A stretch of 32,000 nt of DNA, taken from NCBI RefSeq assembly GCF_000009605.1, contig NC_002528.1, positions 540,001 to 572,000 of the forward strand. The letters run 5' to 3'. The translations under genes were made by a program, and so were the position numbers. Positions within the stretch are counted from its first letter, which is position 1. Each line of letters opens with the position of its first letter. The DNA comes from Buchnera aphidicola str. APS (Acyrthosiphon pisum). GTDB taxonomy: Bacteria; Pseudomonadota; Gammaproteobacteria; Enterobacterales; Enterobacteriaceae. The notes under the pieces were generated by a model. It was not told the DNA's origin. It did not search any database and worked only from the letters and a program-made list of their open reading frames with translations. Below, one piece after another: positions 1 to 12,540 of the stretch.

Positions 1-2451
<2,451 letters not shown>

Positions 2452-2501
2452 TTACAACCCACAGGTGTTTTAAAAAAATAAGTTATATGCTTGTTTTTCC
2501 G

Positions 2502-2515
2502 AATTTTTAAAGAGC
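2502..2515 (-). promoter_or_regulatory. boxA-like antitermination element in the tRNA-Glu/23S spacer
   Basis: The minus strand reads GCTCTTTAAAAATT, similar to the E. coli spacer boxA (TGCTCTTTAAAAATC/TGCTCTTTAACAATT), and sits about 50 nt upstream of the 23S 5' end. Confidence 0.6.
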
Positions 2516-2614
2516 TTTTTGTGTTAAATGTTAACTTTTCTTTTAAAGTTATTTTGAGGATAACACAATAATTTAAATTAGTATATAATATTTTTATAAA
2601 TATTTTTTATTTAT

Positions 2615-2687
2615 CGTCCCCTAGGGGATTTGAACCCCTGTTGCCGCCGTGAAAGGGCGATGTCCTAGACCTCTAGACGAAGGGGAC
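2615..2687 (-). tRNA. gltT: tRNA-Glu, anticodon TTC
   Basis: The reverse complement GTCCCCTTCGTCTAGAGGTCTAGGACATCGCCCTTTCACGGCGGCAACAGGGGTTCAAATCCCCTAGGGGACG folds as a canonical cloverleaf with anticodon TTC (complement GAA at 2651-2653). It is nearly identical to E. coli tRNA-Glu. No CCA is encoded. Confidence 0.97.
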
Positions 2688-2723
2688 TATTGAATAAAAT
2701 TATTTTTTAATTTAACGATATAA

Positions 2724-2752
2724 TAAATAACAGATCAAAAAAAAAGAGTCAA
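2724..2752 (-). promoter_or_regulatory. Candidate sigma70 promoter for the tRNA-Glu/23S transcript
   Basis: The minus strand has TTGACT (2747-2752), a 17-nt spacer, then an extended -10 TGt-TATTTA (-10 hexamer at 2724-2729). It lies between aroE and the tRNA. Confidence 0.4.
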
Positions 2753-2837
2753 GTGATTTCTGTATTATTAGTTAAAATATTAAAAAAATATGAAAAAATT
2801 AGTAAATTAAGTTTGATTGTTTATTATTTTAAAAAAA

Positions 2838-3659
2838 TTATTTATTTAAAAGATCAATAATATAATCTATTTCTGGAAGCACATTATGCCATAGAAAAAA
2901 AGAATGGGCTGCTTGAAAAACTAACATACCTATTCCGTTAGAAAAAAAATTAGATCCTGTTTTACGAGACCAATCAAAAAAAAATGTATTATCTGTTTGA
3001 TAATTCATATCATAAAAGCATGTCTTAGAAGATACGCAAGAAAAAGGAATAAAATTATCTTTATCTTGAATAAAATGCGATGTTGCATTAATAATCAAAT
3101 CAAAAGATTTTACATGTAACGAATTTGTATTAAAAACATTTATATTTCCGTATTTATGGAATTGTAAGACTAATTTCTCGGCATTTAAAACAGTTCTATT
3201 AAAAATACAAATCGAACACCCATATGATAAAAGAGGAAAAAGAACACCTCTAGCAGCACCACCTGCACCGATTATCAATATTGAATAATTTTTTTTTATA
3301 AAATTCAATCTTATTAAATCCGATAACAAACCAATTCCGTCTGTATTATCTCCTAAAATATTACAATTATCTATTTTTTTCAACGTATTAACAGATTGAG
3401 CAACTTCTGCTCTTTTAGTTAACTTATTACAAAAAAAATAAGCTTCTTGTTTAAATGGTGCGGTAATATTTGCACCTCGACCGTCTTTTTTAAAAAAATC
3501 TTGTAAAACAGCATACAAGCTATTTAATGGAACATTACAAGATTTATAAAAATGAGAAATACCTGTCTGTTTTGAAAATAAACTATGAATTTCAGGAGAT
3601 TTACTATGATTTATAGGATTTCCAAATACAGCATAATTAAAATTTTTGCATTTAAACAT
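2838..3659 (-). CDS. aroE: Shikimate dehydrogenase
   Basis: 273 aa ORF with GNPINHSKSPEIH, GAGGAARGVL and DNTDGIG motifs. Its position beside tRNA-Glu/23S is as known in Buchnera. Confidence 0.95.
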   Translation of the reverse strand: MFKCKNFNYAVFGNPINHSKSPEIHSLFSKQTGISHFYKSCNVPLNSLYAVLQDFFKKDGRGANITAPFKQEAYFFCNKLTKRAEVAQSVNTLKKIDNCNILGDNTDGIGLLSDLIRLNFIKKNYSILIIGAGGAARGVLFPLLSYGCSICIFNRTVLNAEKLVLQFHKYGNINVFNTNSLHVKSFDLIINATSHFIQDKDNFIPFSCVSSKTCFYDMNYQTDNTFFFDWSRKTGSNFFSNGIGMLVFQAAHSFFLWHNVLPEIDYIIDLLNK

Positions 3660-4230
3660 AACGAATTAACTTTCCATTAATAATATTAATAATCTTAGAA
3701 GGATTTTTTTCATTTCCTATCTTTCCATTCAATAATGGAAAATCTTTACCAAAACATTTAAACACTTCTTCAGAAGTAAAACATGGCGTCATATTTGAAA
3801 TATTAGCACTGGTAGATACAACTGCTTGTCCAAAAGCATTACATAATTTTATTATTTCAAAATGGGCACTTACACGTACAGCCACAGTATTAAATTTACC
3901 AGTCAACCAATAAGGAGTATTAGGTTTAGCTGGAAGTAAAAAGGTAAATGGTCCAGGCCAATGAAAAAAAATTTTCTTTTTTTGTTTATTTGATAAAATA
4001 TTTTCATTGACATACATTTTTATTTGATCAAAATCTGAAGCTACTAATATCAATCCTTTTTCTATACTTCTATTTTTTAAATTAAGCAATTTTTTTACAG
4101 CTTTTTTACTATTAGGATCACATCCGAGTCCGAACATTGATTCTGTAGGATATGCGATCACATCATCATTATGTAACATTTTTATACAATATAGTAGTGA
4201 GTTTAAAAAACAATGTTTATCCATTAACAT
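3652..4230 (-). CDS. tsaC: L-threonylcarbamoyladenylate synthase (TsaC/YrdC/RimN family)
   Basis: 192 aa ORF with AYPTESMFGLGCDPNS, KRKIFFHWPGPFTFLLPA-like and VVSTSANIS motifs. It sits in the conserved smg-tsaC-aroE order. Confidence 0.93.
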   Translation of the reverse strand: MLMDKHCFLNSLLYCIKMLHNDDVIAYPTESMFGLGCDPNSKKAVKKLLNLKNRSIEKGLILVASDFDQIKMYVNENILSNKQKKKIFFHWPGPFTFLLPAKPNTPYWLTGKFNTVAVRVSAHFEIIKLCNAFGQAVVSTSANISNMTPCFTSEEVFKCFGKDFPLLNGKIGNEKNPSKIINIINGKLIRYV

Positions 4231-4276
4231 CTTCTTATAAAAAATTATTATTGTTTGCTTGACTATAAGTAATATT

Positions 4277-4750
4277 TTAATGAATTATGTCTTCTTTAAA
4301 ATTAAATAATAAATTTTCAAGCTTATGATATGCTGATTCACACCCAGGTACATTAAATAAAACGATTAATACGATCCATTTTAAATCTTCAAGATTCAGT
4401 TCATTAATATCTAATTCCATGATTCTTTCAATAATTACTTCTCGTGTATCTAATGTCAATATCTCCAACTGTTCTAAAAAAAGAATAAAACCACGACAAT
4501 CGACATTTAATTTTAGTGATTCTTCTTGTGTATAAATTCGAATGGTAATCTTATTGGATAATGGATTAATAGATGGAATAATATTTTTCTTGTAACAAGA
4601 AAGATTTTTTAACCAACTTAAAGCATTATAAATATCTCGTCTTTGAAAACCTATATCAGACAAATCATTAGTCAAACTATCATAATCAATCGATATTCTT
4701 GATTCGTTATGTATATAATTTTCAAACAAATATATTAATATATCAAACAT
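4277..4750 (-). CDS. smg: Smg family protein (DUF494)
   Basis: 157 aa ORF starting MFDILIYLFENYIHNES with an LEDLKWIVLIVLFNVPG C-terminal region. Synteny fits smg. Confidence 0.88.
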   Translation of the reverse strand: MFDILIYLFENYIHNESRISIDYDSLTNDLSDIGFQRRDIYNALSWLKNLSCYKKNIIPSINPLSNKITIRIYTQEESLKLNVDCRGFILFLEQLEILTLDTREVIIERIMELDINELNLEDLKWIVLIVLFNVPGCESAYHKLENLLFNFKEDIIH

Positions 4751-4993
4751 TACGTCCTCAATTATATATTAAAAAATTTAAATATTGAGTAATATATTCT
4801 ATAAATAAGTTTATTGTGAGTATTATTAATAATATAATATGAAAAATATTGTAATATAATGAAAAAAATTTTTACTAAAAAATATAATAAGTTTTTATTA
4901 AAAATATAAAAAATAATAGCACTAAACTTTTAATTATAATAAAAAAGTCTATACTAATACATAAAATTCAACTATTTTATATCTAAAATATAT

Positions 4994-5515
4994 ATGTCTT
5001 TGTTAAAAATACTCTATTATCCTGATATACGTTTAAGAATTCTTGCTAAACCCGTAAAAGAAATTAATAAAAAAATACAAAAAATAGCTAATGATATGAT
5101 AGATACAATGTATCAAGAAGAAGGAATCGGTTTAGCTGCAACTCAAGTAAATATTCCATTGCAAATCATAGTAGTTAACACAATGGAACAAAAAAAAAAC
5201 AATTTAGTACTTATTAATCCTAAAATTATCAAAAAAGAAGGTGATATTAGTATTGAAGAAGGATGTTTATCAATTCCAGAGTATCAAGCTTCTATTCCAA
5301 GATCTAATTATATACAGGTGCAAGCAGTAAATCTTGATGGAGAAAAAATAGAAATAGAAGCAAAATCAATATTGTCTATTTGCATACAGCACGAAATAGA
5401 TCATCTTAAAGGAAAGTTATTCATTGATTATCTATCAAAATTTAAAAGAGAAAGAATTCAAAAAAAATTTGAAAAAATTAATAAAAAAAATAAAAAATTT
5501 TCCATAAAGGAATAA
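4994..5515 (+). CDS. def: Peptide deformylase
   Basis: 173 aa ORF with [16 protein letters not shown] and HEIDHLKG catalytic or metal-binding motifs. Confidence 0.97.
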   Translation: MSLLKILYYPDIRLRILAKPVKEINKKIQKIANDMIDTMYQEEGIGLAATQVNIPLQIIVVNTMEQKKNNLVLINPKIIKKEGDISIEEGCLSIPEYQASIPRSNYIQVQAVNLDGEKIEIEAKSILSICIQHEIDHLKGKLFIDYLSKFKRERIQKKFEKINKKNKKFSIKE

Positions 5516-5522
5516 AAAAAAT

Positions 5523-6467
5523 TTGAAAAAATTAAAAATTGTTTTTGCTGGAACAGAATATTTTTCTGCTGAACATTTACACGCACTAATCACTTCTTCA
5601 CATGATGTAATTTCAGTTATCACTCAACCCGACCGTTATTCTGGAAGAGGACAGAAAATCACCTTTTCTCCAGTGAAAATATTATCTTTAAATAATGGAA
5701 TTCCTATTTTTCAACCTGAAAATTTAAATGATACGGATTTTCAAAATAAATTATTAAAACTTAATGCAGATATCATGACAGTTGTATCCTATGGGAAAAT
5801 AATACCAAAAAAAATACTTAATATGTTTTCAAAGGGTTGTATTAACGTGCATGCTTCACTTTTACCTAGATGGAGAGGAGCAACTCCGATTCAATCATCA
5901 ATTCTGCATGGTGATAAAAAAACAGGCATTAGTATCATTCAAATGAATGATGAAATTGATTCCGGCAATATAATGCACTCCATCACGTGCAGCATATCAT
6001 CGAAAGATACTACTAAAACCCTATCTTTAAAATTGATAAAAATAGGAATAGAAGCATTACTAGAAGTCTTAGAAAAAATTATATTGAACACAGTTATTTA
6101 TAAAAAACAAAACGAAAAAAACGTAATTTTATCAAAAAAAATATACAAAAAAGATGCTTTATTAGATTGGAACTTATCAGCCGAAAAATTAGAACGTTTA
6201 ATACGAGCATTTAATCCATGGCCAATCTGTTATTTTTTATCACAAAATAAAAATATAAAAGTATGGCAATCAGAAGTAATTCCTATAACACAAAATAACC
6301 GCTCTGTAGGAGAAATTATTTCCTATAATAAAAATGGAATTCAAATCAATACATCGCATCAAATATTAAATATTAAAAAATTACAATTTCCTGGAAAAAA
6401 AATAATAGATGTTAAAAATGTGATTATTTCTAAAAAAAAATTATTTAAAATAGGAACTATTTTATAA
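5523..6467 (+). CDS. fmt: Methionyl-tRNA formyltransferase, TTG start
   Basis: 314 aa ORF with KIVFAGTEYFSAEHL, VHASLLPRWRGATPIQ and AFNPWP motifs. It lies immediately downstream of def. Confidence 0.96.
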   Translation: MKKLKIVFAGTEYFSAEHLHALITSSHDVISVITQPDRYSGRGQKITFSPVKILSLNNGIPIFQPENLNDTDFQNKLLKLNADIMTVVSYGKIIPKKILNMFSKGCINVHASLLPRWRGATPIQSSILHGDKKTGISIIQMNDEIDSGNIMHSITCSISSKDTTKTLSLKLIKIGIEALLEVLEKIILNTVIYKKQNEKNVILSKKIYKKDALLDWNLSAEKLERLIRAFNPWPICYFLSQNKNIKVWQSEVIPITQNNRSVGEIISYNKNGIQINTSHQILNIKKLQFPGKKIIDVKNVIISKKKLFKIGTIL

Positions 6468-6523
6468 AAAAATATTTAATTTATTTTATATTTTTTGTTG
6501 AAATCATATAAATTAAAAAAAAT

Positions 6524-6550
6524 AAGCAAACGGTATATTTCCGTTTGCTT
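6524..6550. terminator. Bidirectional intrinsic terminator between convergent fmt and rplQ
   Basis: Perfect 10-bp inverted repeat AAGCAAACGG-tatattt-CCGTTTGCTT. On the minus strand it is followed by ATTTTTTTT, and on the plus strand by a weaker TAAAATTATATTTTTT. Confidence 0.85.
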
Positions 6551-6593
6551 TAAAATTATATTTTTTATATTTTAATAAAAAATAGTATAAATT

Positions 6594-6986
6594 TTATTTC
6601 TTTAAAATTTCATTTTTTTTGTTATTTTTCACACGATCTACTAATTCAATATAAGCCATTGGAGCCTTATCTCCAGATCGAAATCCACATTTTAAAATAC
6701 GAGTATAACCACCTAGTCTACTAAAAAAACAAGGCCCTAATTTTTTAAATAATTTCGCTACTATTGCATTATCACGAATACGAGAAAAAACTAATCTTCT
6801 ACGTGAAACGGTGTCTATTTTAGATAAAGTAATAATAGGTTCAACAATACGACGTAGTTCTTTTGCCTTTGATAAAGTAGTTTTTATCACTTCATGTGTA
6901 AATAATGAACATGCCATATTTTTCAGCATGGAATTAAGATGAGTGCTGCTACGATTTAATTGACGACCACTTTTTCGATGACGCAT
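6594..6986 (-). CDS. rplQ: 50S ribosomal protein L17
   Basis: [28 protein letters not shown] motif. The ORF-track start at 7007 adds MIRRGKF, and the homologous start is the ATG at 6984-6986. Confidence 0.97.
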   Translation of the reverse strand: MRHRKSGRQLNRSSTHLNSMLKNMACSLFTHEVIKTTLSKAKELRRIVEPIITLSKIDTVSRRRLVFSRIRDNAIVAKLFKKLGPCFFSRLGGYTRILKCGFRSGDKAPMAYIELVDRVKNNKKNEILKK

Positions 6987-7030
6987 AAATTTACCTCTTC
7001 TTATCAAGTTGTTAATATATAAAATATAAA

Positions 7031-8020
7031 TTATTCATCTAAAATACTTGATGGAGGCCAATTCTCTAATCTCATACCAAGAGATAAGCTACGAGAAGCT
7101 AAGACATCCTTAATTTCAGTTAAAGATTTTTTACCGAGATTCGGAGTTTTTAAAAGTTCTACTTCAGTTCTTTGGACTAAATCACCAATATAATGTATAG
7201 CTTCTGCTTTAAGACAATTAGCAGAACGAACTGTAAGTTCTAAATCATCTACTGGACGTAACAAAATAGGTTCAAATTCAGGTTTTTCTTCTTTGAATTC
7301 AGGTTCACGAATATCTCTTAAATCAACAAATGCTTCTAGTTGTTCTGCTAAAATAGTAGCTGCTCGTCGAATAGCTTCTTCTGGATCAATAGTTCCGTTA
7401 GTTTCCATCTCAATAACTAATTTATCTAAATCTGTTCTTTGTTCTACTCGAGCAGCTTCTACATTATAAGAAATTCGATTAATTGGACTATAACAAGCAT
7501 CTACTAACAAACAACCTATTGGTCGCGAATCTTCTTCTAAATGAACTCTCGAAGATGCAGGAATATAGCCTCTTCCACGTTGCACTTTTATTCGCATTTT
7601 AATAGAAGCATTTTCATCAGTTAAGTGACAGATTACATGCTGCGGCTTGATGATTTCAACATCTCCATCATGTATGATATCTGCGGCAGTAATAGAACCA
7701 ATACCAGATTTATGTAATGTGAGAAGGGTTTCATCTTTTCCATAAACTTTTACCGCTAACGCTTTCAAATTTAACAATATTTCTAAAACGTCTTCTTGCA
7801 CTCCCTCTTTAGTACTATACTCATGAAGTACTCCATCAATTTCAACTTCAGTTACCGCACATCCTGGCATGGAAGATAAGAGAATTCTACGAAGTGCATT
7901 TCCAAGTGTATGACCAAATCCTCTTTCTAATGGTTCTAATGTGACTTTAGTATGAGTCGCACTAATTTGTTCAATATCAACTAAACGTGGTCTTAAAAAA
8001 TCCATGATAGAATTCTGCAT
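7031..8020 (-). CDS. rpoA: RNA polymerase alpha subunit
   Basis: 329 aa with [33 protein letters not shown] and [26 protein letters not shown]. Confidence 0.99.
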   Translation of the reverse strand: MQNSIMDFLRPRLVDIEQISATHTKVTLEPLERGFGHTLGNALRRILLSSMPGCAVTEVEIDGVLHEYSTKEGVQEDVLEILLNLKALAVKVYGKDETLLTLHKSGIGSITAADIIHDGDVEIIKPQHVICHLTDENASIKMRIKVQRGRGYIPASSRVHLEEDSRPIGCLLVDACYSPINRISYNVEAARVEQRTDLDKLVIEMETNGTIDPEEAIRRAATILAEQLEAFVDLRDIREPEFKEEKPEFEPILLRPVDDLELTVRSANCLKAEAIHYIGDLVQRTEVELLKTPNLGKKSLTEIKDVLASRSLSLGMRLENWPPSSILDE

Positions 8021-8048
8021 ATTTTCCTCTCTTTAATAGTAAACTTTA

Positions 8049-8669
8049 TTATTTAGAATAAAGTTCAACAATTAAGTATTCATTAATTTCTGCAGATAAA
8101 TCGGAACGCTCAGGAAATCTTTTAAAAATACCTTCCATTTTAGTTGAATTCACTTCTAACCAAATTGGTTTTTCTCGTTGCTCTACAAGTTCTAAAGCAG
8201 CTTTAATTCGAGACTGATTTTTAGATTTATTTCTAATGGAAATTTGGTCGTTAGGAGAAACTTGATATGAAGCAATATTAACAACTTTATTATTCACCAT
8301 GATAGACTTGTGATTAATTAATTGTCTTGATTCAGAACGAGTACAACCAAAACCCATACGATAAACTACGTTGTCTAATCTAGATTCTAATAATTGTAAT
8401 AAATTTGCTCCAGTATTGCCTTTCAAACTAGCCGCTAGTTTATAATATATTTTAAATTGACGTTCTAAGACACCGTATAAACGACGCACTTTTTGTTTTT
8501 CGCGTAATTGAATAGCATAATCAGATAATCTAGGTTTTCGAATACCATGTTGTCCAGGAGGTTGTTCTAATTTACATTTTGATTCTATTGAACGAAGTCC
8601 TGATTTAAGAAATAAATCAGTGCCTTCTCGTCGACTTAATTTTAATTTTGGACCTAAATATTTTGCCAT
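8049..8669 (-). CDS. rpsD: 30S ribosomal protein S4
   Basis: 206 aa starting [24 protein letters not shown], in alpha-operon order. Confidence 0.99.
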   Translation of the reverse strand: MAKYLGPKLKLSRREGTDLFLKSGLRSIESKCKLEQPPGQHGIRKPRLSDYAIQLREKQKVRRLYGVLERQFKIYYKLAASLKGNTGANLLQLLESRLDNVVYRMGFGCTRSESRQLINHKSIMVNNKVVNIASYQVSPNDQISIRNKSKNQSRIKAALELVEQREKPIWLEVNSTKMEGIFKRFPERSDLSAEINEYLIVELYSK

Positions 8670-8694
8670 TTTATTCTCCAGAAATTCCTAAAAA

Positions 8695-9102
<408 letters not shown>

Positions 9103-9107
9103 CTAAA

Positions 9108-9464
9108 TTATTTTTTTATTGGTTTTCGAGGACCTTTACAAGTTCTAGCATTAGTTTTAGTTCTTTGGCCGTGTACTGGAAGACTTCTACGATGACGTAA
9201 ACCACGATAACAACTTAAATCAATTAAACGTTTAATGTTTAAAGTTCTTTCTCTTCTTAAATCACCTTCAATAACATATTTTGCAACATGAGTTCTTAGA
9301 AGATCAATTTGTTCTTCATTTAAATCTACAATTTTAGAATGTTCAGGAATGTTTGCAATGGAACAAATAAATTTAGAACGTTTTTTACCTATTCCATATA
9401 TCGCGGTTAATGCAATCAAAGTATGCTTATTTTCTGGAATGTTGATACCTGCAATACGTGCCAT
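9108..9464 (-). CDS. rpsM: 30S ribosomal protein S13
   Basis: 118 aa starting [14 protein letters not shown], with [32 protein letters not shown]. Confidence 0.99.
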   Translation of the reverse strand: MARIAGINIPENKHTLIALTAIYGIGKKRSKFICSIANIPEHSKIVDLNEEQIDLLRTHVAKYVIEGDLRRERTLNIKRLIDLSCYRGLRHRRSLPVHGQRTKTNARTCKGPRKPIKK

Positions 9465-9557
9465 ATTATAAAACCTTATAAATGTATTTTAAACAAATTT
9501 ATAATACTAAAGATAATAACAATTTATATTTAAAAATATTTTAATTGACAAAAATGA

Positions 9558-9674
9558 TTAACCCTGACGCTGTTTATGCTTAGGATCATTACTACAAATT
9601 ACTCTTACAACATTATTTCTTTTTATAATTTTGCAACTACGGCAAAGTACTTTCACAGAAGCTTGTACTTTCAT
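9558..9674 (-). CDS. rpmJ: 50S ribosomal protein L36
   Basis: Manual translation of the minus strand gives [38 protein letters not shown] (38 aa), with the C-X2-C...C...H zinc-binding set. Absent from the ORF track because of length. An in-frame ATG one codon upstream (9677) is possible. Confidence 0.97.
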   Translation of the reverse strand: MKVQASVKVLCRSCKIIKRNNVVRVICSNDPKHKQRQG

Positions 9675-9699
9675 CATATTTCCTTCTAGTATAAAATAT

Positions 9700-11013
9700 T
9701 TAATTTAAATTAGCTTTCTTTAACATAGATTCATATTGATTAGACATTATTAATGTTTGAATTTGAGTTATAAAATCTATAATAACTACAACAACAATCA
9801 ATAATGAAGTTCCACCGAAATAAAAAGGAACATTCATAGCACTTCGCATAAATTCCGGGATTAAACAAATAAATGTAATATATAAAGAACCAACTAAAGT
9901 GAGTCTTAACATAATCTTATTAATGTATTTTGCTGTTTGTTCGCCAGGTCTAATTCCAGAAATAAAAGCCCCTGATTTTTTTAAATTATCTGCTGTTTCA
10001 CGAGGGTTGAATACCAATCCCGTATAAAAAAAACAAAAAAACACTATTGCAGATATATATAAAATCAAATATAAAAACTGATTAGGTTGTAAATAAAATA
10101 ATATTTTTGTCAACCATTCATGATTCACTTTACACCAAGATATAATAGTAGCAGGAAATAGAACAATACTAGAGGCGAAAATTGCAGGTATAACACCAGC
10201 CATATTAATTTTTAAAGGTAGATGAGTACTTGGAGTTTCATAAATACGACGACCTTGTTGACGTTGTGCATAATGTACAACGATTTTTCTCTGTCCTCTT
10301 TCCATAAAAACAACTAAAAAAATAACCGAAAAAATTAACAACAAAATAAATAAAAACAATAAAATATGTAAATCTCCTTGTCGTGTTTTTTCAATAGTAT
10401 TTCCGATAGCTGAAGGCAAACCCGCTATTATTCCTATAAAAATAATGATTGAAATACCATTACCAATACCATATTCTGTGATTAATTCCCCTAACCACAT
10501 TAAAAACATAGTGCTAGTTACTAAACTTATAATAGCAATTAAATAAAAATAAAAATCAGTGTTTATTATAATACTACGAATTCCAGCTATATTAGGAAGA
10601 GTCATAGCAATCCCAATAGACTGTACAAGAGCTAATATTAAGGTAGCGTATCTAGTATACTGATTGATTCTATGACGTCCTGATTCTCCTTCTTTTTTAA
10701 TTTCAGATAAAGTTGGGTATACCAATGTCAGTAATTGAATAATAATAGATGCTGATATATAAGGCATAATGCCTAAAGCAAAAATAGAAGCACGACTTAA
10801 AGCTCCACCAGAAAACATATTAAACATATCAACAATAGTACCATTTTGATTATTTAATATTTTAGATAAAATTGTAGTATCAATGCCGGGGATTGGAATA
10901 AAAGAACCAATACGAAAAACAATGATAGCCACGATTAGAAAAACGATTCTCTGCTTGAGTTCACTGACACTTGTTTTAGTATTTTTAAAATTTAATCCTA
11001 ATTTCTTAACCAT
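9700..11013 (-). CDS. secY: Protein translocase subunit SecY
   Basis: 437 aa with [17 protein letters not shown], the TM-rich pattern, [16 protein letters not shown] and MPGI-flanking motifs, in the conserved rplO-secY-rpmJ order. Confidence 0.98.
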   Translation of the reverse strand: MVKKLGLNFKNTKTSVSELKQRIVFLIVAIIVFRIGSFIPIPGIDTTILSKILNNQNGTIVDMFNMFSGGALSRASIFALGIMPYISASIIIQLLTLVYPTLSEIKKEGESGRHRINQYTRYATLILALVQSIGIAMTLPNIAGIRSIIINTDFYFYLIAIISLVTSTMFLMWLGELITEYGIGNGISIIIFIGIIAGLPSAIGNTIEKTRQGDLHILLFLFILLLIFSVIFLVVFMERGQRKIVVHYAQRQQGRRIYETPSTHLPLKINMAGVIPAIFASSIVLFPATIISWCKVNHEWLTKILFYLQPNQFLYLILYISAIVFFCFFYTGLVFNPRETADNLKKSGAFISGIRPGEQTAKYINKIMLRLTLVGSLYITFICLIPEFMRSAMNVPFYFGGTSLLIVVVVIIDFITQIQTLIMSNQYESMLKKANLN

Positions 11014-11023
11014 TATTTACCGC

Positions 11024-11458
11024 TTATCCTTCAACTTTTCCACCAGTATTTTCAATTTCAGAACGAGCACCTTTACTGACAAGTAGACCTCGTATTATCA
11101 AAGGAACTGTTAGTTTTCCTGAAAGAATTATCTTGGCATATTTAATATTTTTTTTAATAATATTTTCTTGTTTTAATACGTTAAGATCAATAATATTTGT
11201 AGACAAATTTGATAAATCTGATAAACGAACTTCTGTTGTAATATTTTTTTTTCTGGAATTAAAACCAAATTTAGGAAGTCTTCTGTATAACGGCATTTGA
11301 CCCCCTTCAAAACCACGACGAATACTACTTCCTGATCTAGATTTTTGACCTTTATGACCTCGACCAGAAGTTTTTCCGAAACCTGATCCGATACCACGAC
11401 CTAATCTTTTTCGACTATGACGTGCTCCATTTGCTGGAGAAAGAGTGTTTAAACGCAT
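11024..11458 (-). CDS. rplO: 50S ribosomal protein L15
   Basis: 144 aa starting [43 protein letters not shown]. Confidence 0.99.
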   Translation of the reverse strand: MRLNTLSPANGARHSRKRLGRGIGSGFGKTSGRGHKGQKSRSGSSIRRGFEGGQMPLYRRLPKFGFNSRKKNITTEVRLSDLSNLSTNIIDLNVLKQENIIKKNIKYAKIILSGKLTVPLIIRGLLVSKGARSEIENTGGKVEG

Positions 11459-11462
11459 GTTT

Positions 11463-11642
11463 CTATTCCTCTTGTATTTTTAAAATATAAGAAATTTTCT
11501 TAACCATTCCTTGAATAGATGGCGTATCTTCACGTATGACAGTATGTCCAATATAACGTAATCCAAGTCCGATTAAAGTTTTTTTATGCTTAGGCAATCT
11601 ACCTATAGCACTTTTTATTTGAGTAATTTTTATATTTTTCAT
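11463..11642 (-). CDS. rpmD: 50S ribosomal protein L30
   Basis: Manual translation gives [59 protein letters not shown] (59 aa). It fits L30 between rpsE and rplO and is absent from the ORF track because of length. Confidence 0.96.
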   Translation of the reverse strand: MKNIKITQIKSAIGRLPKHKKTLIGLGLRYIGHTVIREDTPSIQGMVKKISYILKIQEE

Positions 11643-11651
11643 TAAAAAAAT

Positions 11652-12155
11652 TTATCCTAATATATCTTTAATACGTTTATTTCTTTTAGCAGCGATCATT
11701 TCTGGAGACTTCATATTAACTAAACCATTCATAGTAGCTCGAACTACATTGATTGGATTAGTTGAACCATAAGTTTTAGCTAAAACATTATGTATTCCTG
11801 CTACCTCTAAAACTGCTCGCATAGCGCCTCCTGCAATGATACCAGTTCCATCAGAAGCAGGTTTCATAAACACATTTGATCCAGTATGAGAACCCTTGAG
11901 AGAGTGTTGTAAAGTTTTATTGACTAATGGTATAGTAATCATATTACGTCTTGCTTGCTCCATAGCTTTCTGAATAGCGGCGGGTACTTCACGTGCTTTT
12001 CCATAACCAAAACCAACTTTTCCGTCTCCATTTCCTACTACAGTTAATGCTGTAAAAGAAAATATTCGACCGCCTTTGACGGTTTTTGATACACGATTTA
12101 CTGTAATTAATTTTTCTTGTAAATCATTGTGATTTTTTTTTTCAATATTAGCCAT
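11652..12155 (-). CDS. rpsE: 30S ribosomal protein S5
   Basis: 167 aa with [49 protein letters not shown]. Confidence 0.99.
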   Translation of the reverse strand: MANIEKKNHNDLQEKLITVNRVSKTVKGGRIFSFTALTVVGNGDGKVGFGYGKAREVPAAIQKAMEQARRNMITIPLVNKTLQHSLKGSHTGSNVFMKPASDGTGIIAGGAMRAVLEVAGIHNVLAKTYGSTNPINVVRATMNGLVNMKSPEMIAAKRNKRIKDILG

Positions 12156-12170
12156 TCTATAATTTTCGCC

Positions 12171-12539
12171 TTAAAACTTCAGCCCAACTTCACGTGCAGA
12201 TTCAGCTAAAACTTGTACACGCCCATGATATTTAAAACCAGATCGATCAAAAGAAACATGAGATATTCCCTTTGAAAGGGCACGTTCTGCAATAATTTTA
12301 CCTATTTTTGCCGCAGCTTCTTTATTTCCTGTATATTTCAAACTACAATTTATTTTTCTTTCTAATGTTGAGGCAAAAACCAAAACTTTTGCTTCTTTAG
12401 AAGAAATGATTTGAGCATACATGTGTCGTGAAGTACGATGTACTACTAGTCGAATAGCACCTAGTTTTTTGATTTTACAACGTGTTTTCATAGATCGGCG
12501 TATACGAGAAATTATTTTATTTTTATTAGAAAAAATCAT
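12171..12539 (-). CDS. rplR: 50S ribosomal protein L18
   Basis: 122 aa with [15 protein letters not shown] and [27 protein letters not shown]. Confidence 0.98.
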   Translation of the reverse strand: MIFSNKNKIISRIRRSMKTRCKIKKLGAIRLVVHRTSRHMYAQIISSKEAKVLVFASTLERKINCSLKYTGNKEAAAKIGKIIAERALSKGISHVSFDRSGFKYHGRVQVLAESAREVGLKF

Positions 12540-12540
12540 T

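Noticed and set aside
4751-4993. Imperfect direct repeat (TAATATAATATGAAAAATAT / TAATATAATGAAAAAAAT) in the smg/def divergent spacer
   Set aside because: Composed only of A/T-rich words expected by chance at this composition. No regular spacing or further copies were seen.
5435-5623. 62 aa minus-strand ORF across the def/fmt junction
   Set aside because: Low-complexity Phe-rich translation of the opposite strand of poly(A) tracts, and antisense to two well-supported genes.
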